From a bacterium (lineage in GTDB: Bacteria; Patescibacteriota; Patescibacteriia; UBA1558; GWA2-36-10), in the NCBI GenBank assembly GCA_018653315.1, contig JABIAL010000037.1:1487-65486 (forward strand): a DNA stretch of 64,000 nucleotides. Direction: 5' to 3'. The position numbers and the translations under genes are program-made. Shown here one piece after another: positions 52,956 to 62,352 of this stretch. The notes beneath the pieces were generated by a model. It was not told where the DNA came from. It saw only the letters and a program-made list of their open reading frames with translations, and made no database searches. Within the stretch, counting starts at the first letter, position 1. Each line of letters starts with the position of its first letter.

Positions 52956-53201
52956 ATTTACAGTATTTCTGATTAATTAGTAAGATTTATTCTAGCCTAA
53001 AAGCATATATTTTACAATATTTACCTTTCGGCTACGCTCAAGGTGATTAAAAGTCAAAAAAATATGGAATATAAGCTATGCCACCAATTTTTTTTGGTCT
53101 TTTTACATAACCTGGGCTGGTAAACCCTATGTTTACACTTGGCTTTAACAAAAATTTTGTCTAGTTTCTTATGCATATTTTATTTAGCTTGTTGTTTACT
53201 C

Positions 53202-53222
53202 CCTGCCTACCGGACAGGCAGG
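53202..53222. repeat. Palindrome variant CCTGCCTACCGGACAGGCAGG, copy 2, intergenic at the ileS-proximal edge of the MerR cassette
   Basis: 7-bp arms identical to the other copies. It is followed by more GC-rich hairpins (GCCTTC-AGAGCC-GAAGGC at 53244-53261). Confidence 0.7.
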
Positions 53223-53280
53223 CGCCTCCCGTTCAGGGCCTAAGCCTTCAGAGCCGAAGGCTGACGGATAATATTTAAAA

Positions 53281-53316
53281 CCCTCAAGCTCCTAAGCATG
53301 AAAAAGGAGCTCGAAG
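53281..53316 (-). terminator. Intrinsic terminator for the MerR-like gene (minus strand: cccttcgagctcc-loop-ggagcttgaggg followed by ttttaaatatt)
   Basis: A 12-13 bp imperfect stem immediately 3' of the stop at 53320, with a U-tract. Confidence 0.55.
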
Positions 53317-53319
53317 GGA

Positions 53320-53574
53320 TTAAAACAATTGTTTAATCTCCTTAACAGATAATCTTTTTTTGCTTTGGAGATATTCTATTTTTTGTAGCGTGCGAATAGC
53401 TTTATCTGGACTATAAAGACGATAGCCGCCTTGAGTGCGCCCATCTTCTTTTAATAAACCTTCGCGAGTATAAAAATTAATAGCCGACGGCAAAACATCG
53501 AACATCGTCGCCAATGTACCGATTTTTACTAATTTGCTACTCGCTTGTTTGTTTCCAGTTTTTATTTTCCGCAT
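53320..53574 (-). CDS. Small MerR-family HTH DNA-binding protein (DNA-binding domain only, 84 aa)
   Basis: VKIGTLATMFDVLPSAINFYTREGLL...GGYRLYS matches the MerR HTH and wing pattern. No effector domain is present. Confidence 0.7.
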   Translation of the reverse strand: MRKIKTGNKQASSKLVKIGTLATMFDVLPSAINFYTREGLLKEDGRTQGGYRLYSPDKAIRTLQKIEYLQSKKRLSVKEIKQLF

Positions 53575-53672
53575 GCTTCTTGCTTGTGATTATAAGCAAT
53601 ATTTATTATAAACCATAAAGTAAGAAGTGTAAAGTAATTAGTAATAGTTTATAGTTAATATAAAAAAATACA

Positions 53673-53724
53673 CCTGTCGTTACAATTCGAACGACAAGTG
53701 TGCGATTAAAAGTCTTTAAGACTT
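53673..53724. promoter_or_regulatory. A stem-loop (CCTGTCGTT-ACAATTCG-AACGACAAG, 53673-53698) and a 15-nt perfect palindrome AAGTCTTTAAGACTT (53710-53724), both between the 143-aa gene and the MerR gene
   Basis: Inverted repeats read directly. The position suggests an intergenic terminator or attenuator plus a candidate operator for the downstream HTH gene. Confidence 0.4.
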
Positions 53725-53727
53725 GAT

Positions 53728-54159
53728 TTACTTAGGAACACCGCCAACCCAATAGCCACCAGGAACGCCTTCTTTGCTACGATCAGCAGCTATACGATGC
53801 TCACCGTTCTTGTTATGAAACGAGGCATAGCACCAATGCCCTACATCTTTCCAATGAACGCCATTAGGATGATCGTCAGCAAAATTAGGATCATTAATAT
53901 TAACTTGTATTTGAGCATAAGGATCGTGGATTAAACCATGCTCATTCAACACACCCTCCAACTCATCTTCACTACAGCGACCAACCACCTCGAGGAAAGC
54001 AACTCTGACAAACTCACCTTCGCCTCTAGGTATAGACCCAATAACGGCGTCGGATATACATTGTTGTTCTCGTCCAATAGACTTAAACAGTTGTTGTGGC
54101 GTCTTGTTACGATCTACGCGAACATCAACGTAGATCAAACCTTGATTTGTTGTTGGCAT
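53728..54159 (-). CDS. Hypothetical protein of 143 aa, His-rich. Composition is foreign (about 44% GC by eye). First gene of the 2-gene cassette, upstream of the MerR-like gene.
   Basis: Long ORF with an SD-like AAGGGG 7 nt upstream and a TTGACA-17-TATATT promoter. No family recognised (…DDHPNGVHWKDVGHWCYASFHNKNGEHRIA…). Confidence 0.5.
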   Translation of the reverse strand: MPTTNQGLIYVDVRVDRNKTPQQLFKSIGREQQCISDAVIGSIPRGEGEFVRVAFLEVVGRCSEDELEGVLNEHGLIHDPYAQIQVNINDPNFADDHPNGVHWKDVGHWCYASFHNKNGEHRIAADRSKEGVPGGYWVGGVPK

Positions 54160-54181
54160 GATAATGCCCCTTTTTCTTTAG

Positions 54182-54203
54182 TATTTACTTCCGTAAGTAA
54201 ATA
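54182..54203 (-). promoter_or_regulatory. Perfect 9-4-9 inverted repeat TATTTACTT-CCGT-AAGTAAATA in the 5' leader of the 143-aa gene. Candidate operator or leader hairpin.
   Basis: It lies between the promoter (54233-54261) and the SD/ATG (54159). Confidence 0.5.
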
Positions 54204-54232
54204 GATGGATGTAACGAACCTAACAATATGGT

Positions 54233-54261
54233 AATATAGCATATATACGCTATTTTGTCAA
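54233..54261 (-). promoter_or_regulatory. Canonical sigma70 promoter TTGACA-17-TATATT (minus strand) driving the 143-aa / MerR-like cassette
   Basis: rc of 54256-54261 is TTGACA and rc of 54233-54238 is TATATT, with a 17-nt spacer. Confidence 0.5.
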
Positions 54262-54295
54262 TAAGCAAACAAAAAGCCCCAGCCTAATTAACCCC

Positions 54296-54357
54296 TCCAG
54301 CCTCCCCTTAACAGGGGAGGTTTTTTAGATTAAAAAAGTCCCCCTGTTAAGGGGGAT
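54296..54357. terminator. Pair of mirrored GC-rich hairpins (CCTCCCC-TTAACA-GGGGAGG then TTTTTT, and TCCCCC-TGTTAA-GGGGGA preceded by AAAAAA), forming a bidirectional terminator
   Basis: The two stems are reverse complements of each other around an A/T-rich centre. They terminate the minus-strand 193-aa gene and insulate the cassette. Confidence 0.6.
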
Positions 54358-54358
54358 T

Positions 54359-54378
54359 CCTGCCTGCCGGCAGGCAGG
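54359..54378. repeat. Perfect 20-nt palindrome CCTGCCTGCCGGCAGGCAGG, copy 3, at the dprA-proximal edge of the cassette
   Basis: Identical to the ileS-internal copy. Confidence 0.75.
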
Positions 54379-54403
54379 CAGGGGGTTTAAATTTTAATTT
54401 AAC

Positions 54404-54916
54404 TTACAAACTTTGTTGCCGAGTTATTTCCTTTAATACCTCCGAATCATCGCCAACTTCTTCAATGGAAGTAATCTTACTACGATTGATTTGTAACATT
54501 CCTTGCGGCTGATGCAATTCTGCTCCCCGCTTGATCAAAATCGGCACTTCTATTACTTGATCTTGCGCTCCTTCTTCAGTAGCCGGAACTAATTGTTGCT
54601 CGGTTTGAATATAATAAACTTCATCCAAGTAAACATTAAGCGCATCCTCTTTGATTACTTTAGCAAAATATACTTGTCCATTGTCTAAAAAGACAGCCTT
54701 ATATTTATATTCTTTGTTTAAATTACCTTGAGATAAAAATACTAAAGCTCCTGACAAAACAATAATAACTATAATCAAAGTAAGTGTGATCCATATTTTA
54801 GATCGACCACTTCTTGGTTTTCTGGCTACAAATTGCTCAAAATCTTCTAATTCTTCTGCTACTTTAACTGGTCTGGCGGTAGCTGCTCTTGGCTTTGTTG
54901 TTTTTTTGACTGGCAT
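54404..54916 (-). CDS. Hypothetical membrane-anchored protein (N-terminal basic tail, one TM helix, extracytoplasmic domain)
   Basis: The start is probably MPVKKTTKPRA at 54916, with TM helix IWITLTLIIVIIVLSGALVFL. Composition is host-like. Confidence 0.45.
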   Translation of the reverse strand: MPVKKTTKPRAATARPVKVAEELEDFEQFVARKPRSGRSKIWITLTLIIVIIVLSGALVFLSQGNLNKEYKYKAVFLDNGQVYFAKVIKEDALNVYLDEVYYIQTEQQLVPATEEGAQDQVIEVPILIKRGAELHQPQGMLQINRSKITSIEEVGDDSEVLKEITRQQSL

Positions 54917-55046
54917 AATAAATAAAATTAAATATTTTTTAGTACATTGATTATATATCAAGCTAGAGATTTTGCCAAGAGACAATTTTACAAATCTTCC
55001 CTTGTATATTATGATAATTAATAATTAAATATAAAGAAGAAAAGCG

Positions 55047-56105
55047 ATGTTAGATCAAGAAAAGTATTGTTTATTTTATTTGAAAAATATTCATGGCCTA
55101 AAAGAAAGTTTGTTGTGGAATTATTTAAGAGACGGATTTTTGCCGAGCGAACTTTTGCAACAGCCACCAAAGGAAATTTCTCAATTAATAAACTCTGCTA
55201 AACAAAATAAACAGTCTGACGCAAAAATCCGCCAAGAATTTCCACCTTACCAAAATGCTGTAAGTATCCTGGATGATAATTATCCTGAATTATTGAAAAC
55301 AATTTTTGATCCACCGCTCTTTTTATTTCACCAAGGAAATTTGGATCTATTAAAAAGCGAATATTTATTAACTATTGTTGGCTCACGTACTTTGACTCAA
55401 TACCATCAAGCAACTTTAAACTCTTTGATCAAAGATCTAGCGAACACACCAATAATAATTGTCAGTGGATTAGCATATGGCATTGATGCTTTAGCACATT
55501 CTGCCGCTTTAGATAATAATTTACCAACTATCGCTGTTTTGGGATCTGGCTTTGATGATAATGTTTTATACCCCCGACAAAATCTTAATTTAGCTAAAAA
55601 AATTATAACTGCCAATGGCTTAATCTTATCTGAATATCCACCAAGCACTAAAGGAGCTGTTTATCAGTTTCCGAAACGAAATCGTATTTTAGCTGGCTTA
55701 AGCCGTTGTACTATGGTTATTTCTGGGGCTAAAAAATCTGGCACTCTAATAACTGCCCAATGTGCTTTAGATAATGGTCGAGAAGTTTATGCTTTGCCAG
55801 GTAATATAAATCTAACTTTATCACAAGGACCAAATAACTTAATTGAACAAGGCGCTAATATTTTATTAACTAGTGCTAACATTTTACAAATTTATGATCT
55901 AGCAACAAATAAAACTGAAATGACTATTAAACTTGATTCCCAACAAAATCAGGTTTATCAACTACTAAAAATTCAAGCTCATACTTTAGAGCAGCTACAA
56001 ACTCAAACAAAACTTGATTTTCAAATCGTACAACAGCTAGTAGCTCAATTAGAACTTATGAACTTGGCTAGGCTCAATAAATTTAACCAAATAGAAATAA
56101 TATGA
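55047..56105 (+). CDS. dprA: DNA-processing protein DprA (Smf)
   Basis: Rossmann-like core motifs are present (IVGSR, SGLAYGIDALAH, LSEYPP, RNRILAGLS, VISGAKKSGTLITAQ). Confidence 0.85.
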   Translation: MLDQEKYCLFYLKNIHGLKESLLWNYLRDGFLPSELLQQPPKEISQLINSAKQNKQSDAKIRQEFPPYQNAVSILDDNYPELLKTIFDPPLFLFHQGNLDLLKSEYLLTIVGSRTLTQYHQATLNSLIKDLANTPIIIVSGLAYGIDALAHSAALDNNLPTIAVLGSGFDDNVLYPRQNLNLAKKIITANGLILSEYPPSTKGAVYQFPKRNRILAGLSRCTMVISGAKKSGTLITAQCALDNGREVYALPGNINLTLSQGPNNLIEQGANILLTSANILQIYDLATNKTEMTIKLDSQQNQVYQLLKIQAHTLEQLQTQTKLDFQIVQQLVAQLELMNLARLNKFNQIEII

Positions 56106-56740
56106 TTACTTTTTCTCAAGAACAAAAAATTAATTTACTTAAATACGTTTTTATTGCCACTATCTTATTGGTCAATATACTTGGCTCAAAAATAATGACC
56201 CTTGGCACTATTAATATCTCGGTAGCTATCTGGTTGCTACCTATTTTATTTTTAATCACCGACATCTTAGAAGAAGTTAAAGGTGCTCACACTGTCCGCA
56301 ACTTAGTTTTTTCTAGTGCGGCTATTTTATTATTCTCTTTCCTATTTATCCAACTAACTGTTTATATCACACCAGCCGAACGTTATACTCATAACGATGC
56401 CTTTGTTACTATCTTTCAAAATTCTAGTCGAATGATTATAGCCTCTATCTTTGCTTTCGTCATTGGTCAAATGCATGATATCTGGGCTTTTGACTTTTGG
56501 AAAAAGAAAACTCACGGAAAATACTTGTGGTTACGAAATAATTTATCTACTGGGGTTAGTCAATTTATCGACACAACAATCTTTATTTTCCTAGCTTTTT
56601 ATCAGATTAGCCCAAAATTTGACTTTGCTTTTATGTGGAAGTTGATTTTACCCTATTATGCTGTAAAATTAGTACTAGCGTTCTTAGATACTCCTTTTGT
56701 CTACCTAGGAGTCAAATGGCTTAAAAAATCACCCAAGTAA
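56102..56740 (+). CDS. yhhQ: Queuosine-precursor transporter (YhhQ/DUF165, VUT family)
   Basis: 6-TM protein with the conserved LPILFLITDILEEV start region and QFIDTTIFI. Confidence 0.75.
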   Translation: MITFSQEQKINLLKYVFIATILLVNILGSKIMTLGTINISVAIWLLPILFLITDILEEVKGAHTVRNLVFSSAAILLFSFLFIQLTVYITPAERYTHNDAFVTIFQNSSRMIIASIFAFVIGQMHDIWAFDFWKKKTHGKYLWLRNNLSTGVSQFIDTTIFIFLAFYQISPKFDFAFMWKLILPYYAVKLVLAFLDTPFVYLGVKWLKKSPK

Positions 56741-58045
56741 ATGAAGAAGACCAATCACACATATCAAAAAGATGTTAGCTGGCTAGAATCGACAGCTAAT
56801 TTGCCGACCAAAAATTTTATGTTAGATACTCATGATCGACAGATTTTTTTGATCCGCGTTCAAAACTTTTTAAACTTGCTTGGTAATCCAGAAAAAAAAT
56901 TAAAGTTTATTCATCTAGCTGGCACGGCTGGCAAAGGGTCAACTGTAACTGTTTTACAAAACCTAATGGTCGATGCTGATTTAACAGTAGGCTCATATAC
57001 CTCTCCCTTTGCTACCACCACTATCGAAAAACTACGAATTAATGATAAACTTATTTCGCCTAAAATTCTTCACCAAATTATTGAAGATAAAATAAAACCC
57101 GGCTTAGATAAATATATTTTAAAATACAAAACTGAAACTCCTTCTTATTTTGAAATCTTTTTATGTATTGGCTTTCTATATTTTGTTCAAGAAAAATGTG
57201 ACTGGGTAATTTTAGAAGCCGGACTAGGCGGAACGCATGATGCTACCAATGTTATAAAAAATCCCGTTGTTATTGCTATCACTAATATTGGTTTAGATCA
57301 TATGGAACTTTTAGGTAACACCAAAACAAAAATTGCCGCTGACAAAGCTGGCATCATAAAAAAAGATTCATACTTCTTAACCAGTGAGCAATCACCGCAG
57401 ATAAAAAATCTTTTGCTTAATATAGCTAATAAACGAAAAGCTAAAATTGTAGAACTAAAAGATTTGAGCTCAGAATATAAAAGTGGCTTATACTTTCAAA
57501 CTAAACAACAACAAAATAATCTTAACTTGGCTTTAAATATTTTAAACACTCTAAAAATAAAACCACAGCAAACTCAAAAGGTAATTAATAATTTTCGCAT
57601 GACTTGCCGACAGGAAATTATGCAAGTCAATCCTCTAGTGGTACTTGATGGCGCTCACAATAATGACAAGCTTGGTAATTTAGTTGATTTTATTAAAACA
57701 CTAAAGTATAAAAAGCTACACCTCATCTTGGGATTAGCAGCAGATAAAAATTATCAAACAGCTCTGAAACAAATATTACCATTGACTCATAAACTATACC
57801 TAACTAGATTTCTGATCATTCATCGTAAAACAGCAGACCTACGTCAATTAGCTGCTGATTGTAAAAAAGTAAAAAATATTACTACGCAAATTTTTCACGA
57901 TCCCGAACAAGCTTTGGCTGCTGCTTTAAAAAATGCTCACAAAAATGATTTAATAATCATAGCCGGTTCATTTTTCTTAGCTGGTGAGCTTAGGAAACAC
58001 TGGATCAGTGAACAATATATTATTGAAAATCTACGTACTAAATAA
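56741..58045 (+). CDS. folC: Folylpolyglutamate synthase / dihydrofolate synthase (Mur ligase family)
   Basis: P-loop HLAGTAGKGST, DGAHN and LILGLAADKN, as in FolC. Confidence 0.8.
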   Translation: MKKTNHTYQKDVSWLESTANLPTKNFMLDTHDRQIFLIRVQNFLNLLGNPEKKLKFIHLAGTAGKGSTVTVLQNLMVDADLTVGSYTSPFATTTIEKLRINDKLISPKILHQIIEDKIKPGLDKYILKYKTETPSYFEIFLCIGFLYFVQEKCDWVILEAGLGGTHDATNVIKNPVVIAITNIGLDHMELLGNTKTKIAADKAGIIKKDSYFLTSEQSPQIKNLLLNIANKRKAKIVELKDLSSEYKSGLYFQTKQQQNNLNLALNILNTLKIKPQQTQKVINNFRMTCRQEIMQVNPLVVLDGAHNNDKLGNLVDFIKTLKYKKLHLILGLAADKNYQTALKQILPLTHKLYLTRFLIIHRKTADLRQLAADCKKVKNITTQIFHDPEQALAAALKNAHKNDLIIIAGSFFLAGELRKHWISEQYIIENLRTK

Positions 58046-58071
58046 TAGGATAAAAAAATAAAAATAAACAA

Positions 58072-60075
58072 GTGTCCAAAAGTATCAAATACAATTTAAT
58101 ATTCACCGTGCTGTTTTTTGGTCTGTTTGTGACTTATTTCGCCATTTACTCCTATCTACTACAGCTAAACATCTCTTATTTACATCTGACATTCATTGCA
58201 ATGTTTAGCATCTCTTACATCGTTTTGCTTAATTTTATCAACAAACAATGGTGGTATTTTATTTGCTATATAGGAATAACAATTTTATTATTATTTAGTT
58301 TAGTCAATTTTGCTTATTTTCAAATTTTCAAAAATTTTATTGTATTTGGTCCAAATCAAATTAGCCAAGTTAACTCTGGTTTACTATATATTTTTCAAGA
58401 TTTTTATCATCTAGTCCCTAATACATTGTATACATCTGGTGCCTTACTTTTAGTGGCTGTGATTATTTTGGCTAGTATCTATTTAGAAATTAAAATAAAA
58501 AGAAAGATTGGAGATTTACTATTTCAAAATACCAAATTTAAAATTTTTATCAAAATACCATCACGGCCAATTAAAAAAATATTATTAGCTCTCTTATTTT
58601 TTGTTATAATAAATTTTAGTATTTTTAATTTTGTTAGCTATTTACAAAATAATCCAAAGCAAAACTGGTGGAAGAATGCCCAAAAATTAAATGAGATCGG
58701 GTTTTTAGGAGATTTTTATGAACAACTTTTTAGCCCATGGATCACCACCCAAGCAAAAAATGAAAACTCCAGCACAATGGCTACAACTGAAAAATCAAAT
58801 GACAAAAAAATTGCTGAAAAAAAATATATACTACCAGAAGATATCTTAGAACAAACAAAATATATTTACCAAACAATTTTACCTGACTTAGCAAAGACTA
58901 CAAACAAAATTATTGGCCTTCCTCAGATAGCACCAGACACAAATGTTTTGATTATCCAATTAGAGTCTGTCAGCGACTGGGCAATAAACAACGACCCGTC
59001 ACCAATGCCATTTTTAAAATCTTTAATCAAAGACAACATTTCTGTAGATAATTTTCACGCTAACAGTTGTCAAACGGTCAATGCCGAATTTACTTCTTTG
59101 TGTGGTTATTGGCCTGACTCTGAAGGCACAATTGATAGCACCCATCTTCAAAATGATTTTAACTGCTTGCCTCAAACTCTAAAAGATAAAAATTATGAAA
59201 GTTATTATTTTCATTCTGATTTACCAAATTTTTATAGCCGCGATGTGTTACTACCAAAATGGTCATTTGATTACACTTATCTCACTCCATACTTTCGACA
59301 AAAAGAAGATGATGAGTTTGTCTTTTTACACTCGCTAGACATTCTAGCAGAAAGTGAAAAACCATTCCTAGCTTATGTCTTGAGTTTTACTACTCACTCT
59401 CCTCACAATGATGAGCTGATAGATTATAATCTCGAAAAAAATAATCTAAAAATCACTCCTTGGCGTGATAAATTAAATCCGGAATACGTAGAATTACTTG
59501 AATCTGAAAAACATCGATATGAAAATAAAAAATTAATAGAAAACTATTATGGTTTTTTAAAAACTACTGATGATGCTCTCAAGGCAACCTTTACTAAATT
59601 ATCTGAATTGGATATGTTGAATGACACCTTAATCGTAATACATAACGACCATCGATTTTATAGTTTCTTTTCTGATGACTTCAAAGGCTGGCAACAATAT
59701 AATCTAATGCCCTTTGTAATAATCACGCCAGAAAAAGATAAAATGCTAATCCAAGACACCGCTTCACATCTAGATATTGCCCCTACTATTTTACATCTAC
59801 TTAATCAAGATACAACTAAAATTCCGCAACATTTTACTGGCCATAGTTTATTTGCAGACGATTTTCCTAATCAGGTCCTAAACAAATGTTTAGATAATGT
59901 TTATTATGCAAATAAAGATCTACTAATTGAAGGTAGCAACAAATCAAACATTTATCATATGTCCAAAGAACCTCAAAATATGACAAGTGAAAACAAAGAA
60001 AATTGGCTAAGCTGGGTCAAAACATTAGCACAAACAAGCGATCAAGTTTTAGATCAAAACAAGTTACAACCATAA
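58072..60075 (+). CDS. LtaS-like polytopic membrane sulfatase (alkaline-phosphatase superfamily, phosphoglycerol- or phosphoethanolamine-transferase-like)
   Basis: GTG start. 5 N-terminal TM helices followed by an extracellular sulfatase-like domain (LIIQLESVSDW...HANS...TTHSPH). Confidence 0.7.
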   Translation: MSKSIKYNLIFTVLFFGLFVTYFAIYSYLLQLNISYLHLTFIAMFSISYIVLLNFINKQWWYFICYIGITILLLFSLVNFAYFQIFKNFIVFGPNQISQVNSGLLYIFQDFYHLVPNTLYTSGALLLVAVIILASIYLEIKIKRKIGDLLFQNTKFKIFIKIPSRPIKKILLALLFFVIINFSIFNFVSYLQNNPKQNWWKNAQKLNEIGFLGDFYEQLFSPWITTQAKNENSSTMATTEKSNDKKIAEKKYILPEDILEQTKYIYQTILPDLAKTTNKIIGLPQIAPDTNVLIIQLESVSDWAINNDPSPMPFLKSLIKDNISVDNFHANSCQTVNAEFTSLCGYWPDSEGTIDSTHLQNDFNCLPQTLKDKNYESYYFHSDLPNFYSRDVLLPKWSFDYTYLTPYFRQKEDDEFVFLHSLDILAESEKPFLAYVLSFTTHSPHNDELIDYNLEKNNLKITPWRDKLNPEYVELLESEKHRYENKKLIENYYGFLKTTDDALKATFTKLSELDMLNDTLIVIHNDHRFYSFFSDDFKGWQQYNLMPFVIITPEKDKMLIQDTASHLDIAPTILHLLNQDTTKIPQHFTGHSLFADDFPNQVLNKCLDNVYYANKDLLIEGSNKSNIYHMSKEPQNMTSENKENWLSWVKTLAQTSDQVLDQNKLQP

Positions 60076-60080
60076 GGTCC

Positions 60081-60109
60081 TTGTCAAAAACGCAAGTTTA
60101 TTGTATAGT
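60081..60109 (+). promoter_or_regulatory. Sigma70-like promoter TTGTCA-17-TATAGT upstream of topA
   Basis: -35 at 60081-60086 and -10 at 60104-60109 with a 17-nt spacer, ~30 nt before the ATG. Confidence 0.45.
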
Positions 60110-60140
60110 CAAAATCAAAATATTAAGATAAATATCAATT

Positions 60141-62342
60141 ATGCCAGATTTAATCATCGTTGAGTCCCCTACTAAAGCTAAAACTATTAAAGGTTTTTTA
60201 GGAAAGGACTATAAAGTAGAATCAAGTTTCGGCCATGTTCGTGACTTACCTAAAAGCAAATTAGGAGTAGATGTTGAAAATAACTTCGCTCCATCTTATG
60301 AGGTGCCTACTAAAGCAAAAAAACGAGTTAGTGAACTAAAAGCTTTAGCTAAAAAAGCTGACATAGTTTATTTCGCAACTGATGAAGATCGAGAAGGAGA
60401 AGCAATTAGCTGGCACTTACAAGAGCTACTAAATATTCCTGTGGAAAAACAACGCCGTATTGCTTTCCATGAAATTACTAAGAAGGCTATTTTGAATGCC
60501 TTGGAAAATCCTAGAAAACTAGATGACAACTTAGTTGATGCCCAACAAGCTCGCCGAGTTTTAGACAGATTAGTTGGTTATAAACTTTCTCCATTATTAT
60601 GGAAAAAAGTAACTAAAGGATTATCAGCCGGACGCGTACAATCTGCAGCCTTAAGATTGATTGTTGAACGTGAAGAAGAACGTAACAACTTTAAAAAAGA
60701 AGAATACTGGACAGTAGAAGGAGAGGCTGCCAAAGATAAGCCAAACTTTAAAATTTCCTTATGGCAAAAAGATAACAAATCTATCTCAAAATTTGATCTA
60801 GATGAAAAGCTTGCTAATCAAGCAGTCACGGATATTAAACCAGCAAAATTAATCATCAATAAAGTTGACGCTAAAGAACATACAAAGTCTCCTTTAGCTC
60901 CTTTTACTACATCTACTTTACAACAAGAAGCAAATAGACGTTTTGGCTATTCGGCTAAACAAACCATGATGGTAGCCCAACAACTATACGAGGGTTTAAG
61001 CTTAGGCGAAAAAGGAAACGCCGGTCTAATCACATACATGCGTACTGATTCCAAAAATTTGTCAGCTGAATTTGTCAGTGATGCTTTGGATTATGTAAAA
61101 AATAAATTAGGAGAAAAATATATTGTAGCTGGTGGTCGCACTTTTAAAAAGAAAAGTAAACTAGCTCAAGAAGCTCATGAGGCTATTCGACCAACTGATG
61201 TCCAACTAGTGCCAGAAGAAATCAAAGAACATTTAGATAGCAAACAATTCAAAGTTTATCAATTGATTTGGCAACGAGCCGTTGCTTCACAAATGTCAGA
61301 TGCCATTACTGAAACTACTAGTGTTGGCATTGAAGCCAAAGACACCATCTGGACTCTAAAAACCGTTGGCACAGTAACTAAATTTGCTGGTTGGCGAGCC
61401 GTTTACCAATCTAATGGTGAAGACAATGAATTACCGACTTTGGCTATTGGTGATGAGCTAGAACTGAAAACTCTAGATGCTTTACAACATTTTACTTCTC
61501 CTCCAGCCCAATATTCAGAAGCCGGATTAGTAAAAGAAATGGAAAAATTGGGCATTGGTCGCCCATCTACTTATGCGCCAACTATTGCAACTTTAGTTAG
61601 TCGCCAATATGTAGATAAAGTAGATAAAAGATTAGCACCAACTGAAATTGCTATTATTGTTATTAAATTATTAGTCGAACATTTTTCTGATATTGTTGAT
61701 TATAATTTTACTGCTGAAATGGAAGATGATTTAGATCGTATTGCTGACGGTAAAAAAACTTGGCAACCAATTATCAAAGAATTTTACGAACCTTTTATCA
61801 CTAACTTAGAAAAGAAAGAAAAAGAATTAGATAAGAAAAAAATCACCGAAACTGCTACCGATGAGAAATGTGAGAAATGTGATAGTCCAATGGTGATTAA
61901 ACTTGGTCGTTTTGGAAAATTTTTGGCTTGTTCGAACTACCCAGATTGCAAGAGCACTAAACCAATTAATGAAAAAGGTGAAATCGAAGAACCAGAAACA
62001 ACCGATGAAAAATGTGAAACTTGTGGGGCTGACATGATGTTTAAACATGGTCGCTTTGGAAAATTTTTGGCTTGCTCAAATTATCCAAAATGTAAAACAA
62101 CTAAACAAGTCAATAAAGAAGTTGGCATCAAATGTACAAAATGCGACAAAGGACAAATGGTAGAAAAACGTAGTAAGCGTGGCAAAACATTTTTCAGTTG
62201 TGACCAATATCCAAAATGTGAACATGCTGTTTGGACTAAACCAACTGGTGAATTCTGTCCGGAATGTAAACAACTTTTATTATTTGCTGCTAAAGATAAA
62301 GTAAAGTGTGAAGAATGTGACTTCACTAAAGACCAAGAATAA
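60141..62342 (+). CDS. topA: DNA topoisomerase I with three C-terminal C4 zinc ribbons
   Basis: TOPRIM (LIIVESPTKAK, DEDREGE), the catalytic Tyr region (GLITYMRTDS), and repeated CxxC...CxxC zinc fingers. Confidence 0.95.
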   Translation: MPDLIIVESPTKAKTIKGFLGKDYKVESSFGHVRDLPKSKLGVDVENNFAPSYEVPTKAKKRVSELKALAKKADIVYFATDEDREGEAISWHLQELLNIPVEKQRRIAFHEITKKAILNALENPRKLDDNLVDAQQARRVLDRLVGYKLSPLLWKKVTKGLSAGRVQSAALRLIVEREEERNNFKKEEYWTVEGEAAKDKPNFKISLWQKDNKSISKFDLDEKLANQAVTDIKPAKLIINKVDAKEHTKSPLAPFTTSTLQQEANRRFGYSAKQTMMVAQQLYEGLSLGEKGNAGLITYMRTDSKNLSAEFVSDALDYVKNKLGEKYIVAGGRTFKKKSKLAQEAHEAIRPTDVQLVPEEIKEHLDSKQFKVYQLIWQRAVASQMSDAITETTSVGIEAKDTIWTLKTVGTVTKFAGWRAVYQSNGEDNELPTLAIGDELELKTLDALQHFTSPPAQYSEAGLVKEMEKLGIGRPSTYAPTIATLVSRQYVDKVDKRLAPTEIAIIVIKLLVEHFSDIVDYNFTAEMEDDLDRIADGKKTWQPIIKEFYEPFITNLEKKEKELDKKKITETATDEKCEKCDSPMVIKLGRFGKFLACSNYPDCKSTKPINEKGEIEEPETTDEKCETCGADMMFKHGRFGKFLACSNYPKCKTTKQVNKEVGIKCTKCDKGQMVEKRSKRGKTFFSCDQYPKCEHAVWTKPTGEFCPECKQLLLFAAKDKVKCEECDFTKDQE

Positions 62343-62352
62343 CCCTTCGGCG

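Noticed and set aside
60141-62342. Repeated CxxC...CxxC blocks at the 3' end of topA, considered as a tandem-repeat element
   Set aside because: They are the normal C-terminal zinc-ribbon repeats of bacterial topoisomerase I, so protein-level repetition is expected.
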